Assembly (NCBI GenBank): GCA_937916345.1
Contig: CALFUE010000113.1
Coordinates: forward strand, 1-26,509
DNA: 26,509 nucleotides
DNA from: an uncultured bacterium
Lineage (GTDB): Bacteria > Bacillota > Clostridia > Lachnospirales > Lachnospiraceae
Direction of reading: 5' to 3'
A program made the position numbers and the translations under genes. Shown here one piece after another: positions 23,873-26,509 of this stretch; within the stretch, counting starts at the first letter, position 1, and each line of letters starts with the position of its first letter. Below the pieces are notes generated by a model. It saw nothing but the letters and a program-made list of their open reading frames with translations. It made no database searches and had not been told where the DNA came from.

Positions 23873-24038
23873 TTACCTGTCCTCATTACTTGTTACTATT
23901 CACAGCCGTTCCGGCTGCGAAAGTAACGGTTTTTGCCATTTTAAATCGCCTTCGGCGATGGGCAAAACCCATCTCACCCTGTACAAATTGGGTCGTAATT
24001 GCGCAGCAAGTGCGCAATTCGACTGTGAATGGTAACCA
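23873..24038 (-). promoter_or_regulatory. Structured 166-nt intergenic region with three perfect hairpins (23901-23915 CAGCCG-TTC-CGGCTG; 23949-23963 ATCGCC-TTC-GGCGAT nested inside GGTTTTTGCC...GGCAAAACC; 24003-24025 AATTGCGCA-GCAAG-TGCGCAATT)
   Basis: The inverted repeats are seen directly in the sequence. The hairpin nearest the upstream gene's stop could be a terminator, but it lacks a clean U-tract. The others lie in the 5' leader of the GH5 gene at 22673..23872. This is a candidate attenuator, RNA-processing site or small RNA. Confidence 0.35.
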
Positions 24039-26453
24039 TTACTTCACTACGAAATCAAAGGTGATGGTGATAGTATTCACACCCACCAGATCCTGCTTGT
24101 CGATTATGACGGAAGAGGCATTTGAGAGTCCGTTTGACATGGTTCTCGCATCATCGGGTATTGAACCGACCCACTCGTTGATAAGATTTACTCTCGTGCA
24201 AAGTCCGTCATCCGAAGATGTATAAGGCTCCGCTATCATGTGTATCGGCTCTCCGTTTACAAGTATCTCCTTGATATTGAGGATACATCCTGGATACTTG
24301 ACCTCTGCGTTCGATACTGCCAACGCGCCAAAAGTCAGTCCGTCGTTTCCGCCTTCAAATTCAAGTCCTACAGTGTAGGTTCCCTCTCCGTCAACTACCA
24401 CATCTGTGGGAATAATGCCCGGGTGATCCGCATTCGGATTGTAGACATCTCCAACACTGTAGCTGCCTGCTCCGCCATTCCACATGATCCATGCGTACAT
24501 GGTCTCTGAGTCAACCTCTACCGCGCCTCCCTCGTTAAAGCTCTCGGGAGCCGCTTCGGCAGCCTCCTCCATGTGTGTCTTTACGGCCGCAAGATAGGCC
24601 TCCTCGCCCATTTCCTGCTCCTTCGCGTAAGTCCTTGACAGATAGAGATCCAGCACCTCCTGATCCCTCAGCGTACATGCAGACTTGTCATAAAACATAT
24701 TTGTATCCCAAAGAACAGGAACATAGTTGTATGTATCACAGAGATCCAGCAGATTGCTGTGATACTCGATGGTGTTGTACATCAGCTCGTCAGCGCTCAT
24801 CTTTAACGCTCCGTACTCGCCGATGATTACGCCATACCCCTGATCGGTGAATTTGGTCAGCTTCTCAAACTGATCTGCCATGTACTCGTACTCCTTCACG
24901 GTTCCCCAATGCTTGTTTGAGGCATCAGAGTCCTTGTCACCGCAGTAATCCCATGGATCATAATAGTGAACAGAGAGAAGAAGCTTGTCCTTTGCGGTAT
25001 CGGTGGGCATCACAAATCTGTCGTCTATAGTGTTGTCAAAATTTGTGTTGATACCCGCGATCAGAAGGAAACGGTCGTCGTTGTTTCCGCCGCTGGCTCT
25101 CACGACATCCACGAATTTCTGATTTATGGCATTTGCGACAGAGTACTCCTCGTCCTTTGAGAGTGAGCCCGAATCTGCCCAGACGGAATTGTTGTTCAGC
25201 CCGTTTCCAAGTTCCTCGTTTGCGCTCTCAAGTATGAGATTGTCAGGATAATCCTTGAAACGATCGGCAATCTGCTGCCACATCTGTGTGTACATCTCCA
25301 TGGCAGCTGCTCTGGTGTCTTCATTTGAAGAACCGAACATAGCAAACCAGCCGCCGTCCCAGTGGTCGTTTACGATAACGAACAGTCCTGCGTCTATGCA
25401 GTAGTCCACGATCTCCTGAACCCGGTCAAGATAGTCGGCTGATATGGTATAATCGCCGGACTCGTAATCCATCTTGTTTGTCCATGAAACAGGAATACGG
25501 ATGGTATCAAAGCCTGACGCGCGGTATCCTTTTATCATGTCGGCCGTGGTCACAGGCTGTCCCCAGCAGGTCTCGTAGCTGGACACATCTGCCGAGATAC
25601 CGATTGTGGTATGTCCGTAAGCCTCCATGGTGTTTCCGAGATTTATTCCATTGCCCATGAGCTTTGATGCCTCGAGGGCTGAAAGAGTCGAGAGATCCGT
25701 GTAGTCTGTCACGGCATAGACGAAATCGCCTGCGCTTGAAGCCTGGGCAGTTCCCGCATCACCCCATACCATATCGGTGAGGGTAAAGGTCACACTGATG
25801 GTCTTCGGATTCTCTACTGCTGAAATATTTGCCACATGATTCGTCGTATCAGCATCGATCTCCTCTACCACTGAGCCGTCCCACGCATTTATGGGATCAT
25901 TGGTATCGAAATCCCCGTTGTTCTTGAAGGCGCTCTTCGGCCCGGTCTGTGTGATGGTCAGAGCAGTGCCGTCCACCGTGATCTCATCATACATGATATT
26001 TGCCGCAGAGAGCGGTGACCGCTCTCCCGCTGCTATACCGCTGTCCTTTATGTAAATCGCCGTAAGGTTCTTAAGGTACATTACCCCCAGCCCCTTTGCC
26101 TCCTGTGACAGATCCCTGTCGCAGTCAAAATCAACTGTATACTGTCCTTCCTCAGTTACAAAGATCGGAACTGAGCTAACCTCGTTTGCATAATAATTAC
26201 TGTCAGAGTCATTGTAGTAAACATTGAGTGCCAGTTCTATGTAGTCGCCGTCGGCAGGTCTTTCATGTATGGAATCGTCCGCCGCTTCCTCGGCAACATC
26301 CCCGGCAGCCGGCTCCTGCTGCTCCTCCTTCGTCTCCTCCTGCGCGGACGTGTTTTCCGCAGGCTTCTGCTCAGACCCGCAGCCGCCCAAAGTCATTCCG
26401 GCCGCCATGGTCAGGGTCAAAAGACAGGATAAGATTCTCGCTCTTTTCTTCAT
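24039..26453 (-). CDS. Multi-domain GH5 lipoprotein, 804 aa: lipobox signal + acidic linker + module B + GH5 catalytic domain + module B
   Basis: The lipoprotein signal is MKKRARILSCLLTLTMAAGMTLGGC. The GH5 core has GNGINLGNTMEA, RIPVSWTNKMD and the acid/base region LILESANEELG. The VIIGEYGAL nucleophile is present. The flanking ~140-170-aa domains resemble each other and module B of the 21722 product. No dockerin calcium-binding repeats are present. Confidence 0.85.
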   Translation of the reverse strand: MKKRARILSCLLTLTMAAGMTLGGCGSEQKPAENTSAQEETKEEQQEPAAGDVAEEAADDSIHERPADGDYIELALNVYYNDSDSNYYANEVSSVPIFVTEEGQYTVDFDCDRDLSQEAKGLGVMYLKNLTAIYIKDSGIAAGERSPLSAANIMYDEITVDGTALTITQTGPKSAFKNNGDFDTNDPINAWDGSVVEEIDADTTNHVANISAVENPKTISVTFTLTDMVWGDAGTAQASSAGDFVYAVTDYTDLSTLSALEASKLMGNGINLGNTMEAYGHTTIGISADVSSYETCWGQPVTTADMIKGYRASGFDTIRIPVSWTNKMDYESGDYTISADYLDRVQEIVDYCIDAGLFVIVNDHWDGGWFAMFGSSNEDTRAAAMEMYTQMWQQIADRFKDYPDNLILESANEELGNGLNNNSVWADSGSLSKDEEYSVANAINQKFVDVVRASGGNNDDRFLLIAGINTNFDNTIDDRFVMPTDTAKDKLLLSVHYYDPWDYCGDKDSDASNKHWGTVKEYEYMADQFEKLTKFTDQGYGVIIGEYGALKMSADELMYNTIEYHSNLLDLCDTYNYVPVLWDTNMFYDKSACTLRDQEVLDLYLSRTYAKEQEMGEEAYLAAVKTHMEEAAEAAPESFNEGGAVEVDSETMYAWIMWNGGAGSYSVGDVYNPNADHPGIIPTDVVVDGEGTYTVGLEFEGGNDGLTFGALAVSNAEVKYPGCILNIKEILVNGEPIHMIAEPYTSSDDGLCTRVNLINEWVGSIPDDARTMSNGLSNASSVIIDKQDLVGVNTITITFDFVVK

Positions 26454-26509
26454 TTTTTTCCCCTTTCTCTCTTAAAACATAAAAACATAGCAATATGGGC
26501 GTTCTGTTG

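Noticed and set aside
18749-26453. Cellulosome (dockerin/cohesin) organisation of the GH5 locus
   Set aside because: No paired calcium-binding dockerin repeats (DxNxDGxxNxxD) or cohesin-like domains are present in any of the six proteins. Anchoring appears to be via lipoprotein signals and module C or a TM tail instead.
1-26509. CRISPR arrays, tRNA/rRNA genes, integrases/transposases or phage genes
   Set aside because: I found no regularly spaced direct repeats, no cloverleaf-like tRNA candidates in the intergenic regions, and no ORFs with recombinase/transposase motifs. The junctions are therefore not explained by mobile-element insertion.

Overview
The window appears to be a mosaic of three unrelated pieces. 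(1) nt 1-~250 encode an internal fragment of a Bacteroidetes-type isoleucyl-tRNA synthetase. This fragment runs IN FRAME, with no stop codon, into (2) a ~10 kb Bacteroidetes-style block (nt ~251-10214): the 3' part of an OYE/FadH-like flavin oxidoreductase, a small hypothetical protein, a secreted MORN/YwqK-repeat protein translationally overlapping a 642-aa TonB-dependent receptor, a 1121-aa M6-family metalloprotease with fn3-like repeats and a T9SS C-terminal sorting domain, an SPFH/band-7 protein, and two overlapping paralogous lipoprotein genes. Genes in this block have no Shine-Dalgarno sequences. TAnnTTTG '-7' promoter motifs sit upstream of the start codons, and arginine is encoded by CGC/CGT. 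(3) From ~nt 10267 to the end, 13 tightly packed minus-strand genes have strong GGAGG ribosome-binding sites and AGA/AGG arginine codons, which is Firmicutes/Clostridia style. They are a YdjI-like SPFH protein, alaS preceded by an unannotated 57-aa membrane-peptide ORF, an MtaD-like deaminase plus a PunA-like nucleoside phosphorylase, a membrane PAS-GGDEF(degenerate)-EAL protein, and a glycan-degradation locus. That locus has three GH5 glycoside hydrolases (two lipoproteins, no dockerins) interleaved with three small secreted non-catalytic proteins assembled from three shuffled modules, including a near-identical ~290-bp DNA repeat. I recognised no rRNA/tRNA, CRISPR array or transposase/integrase gene. 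The two junctions (~nt 250 and ~nt 10215-10300) are best explained as assembly chimeras or artificial joins. The GH5/modular-protein locus and its structured intergenic RNA are the most biologically interesting content.
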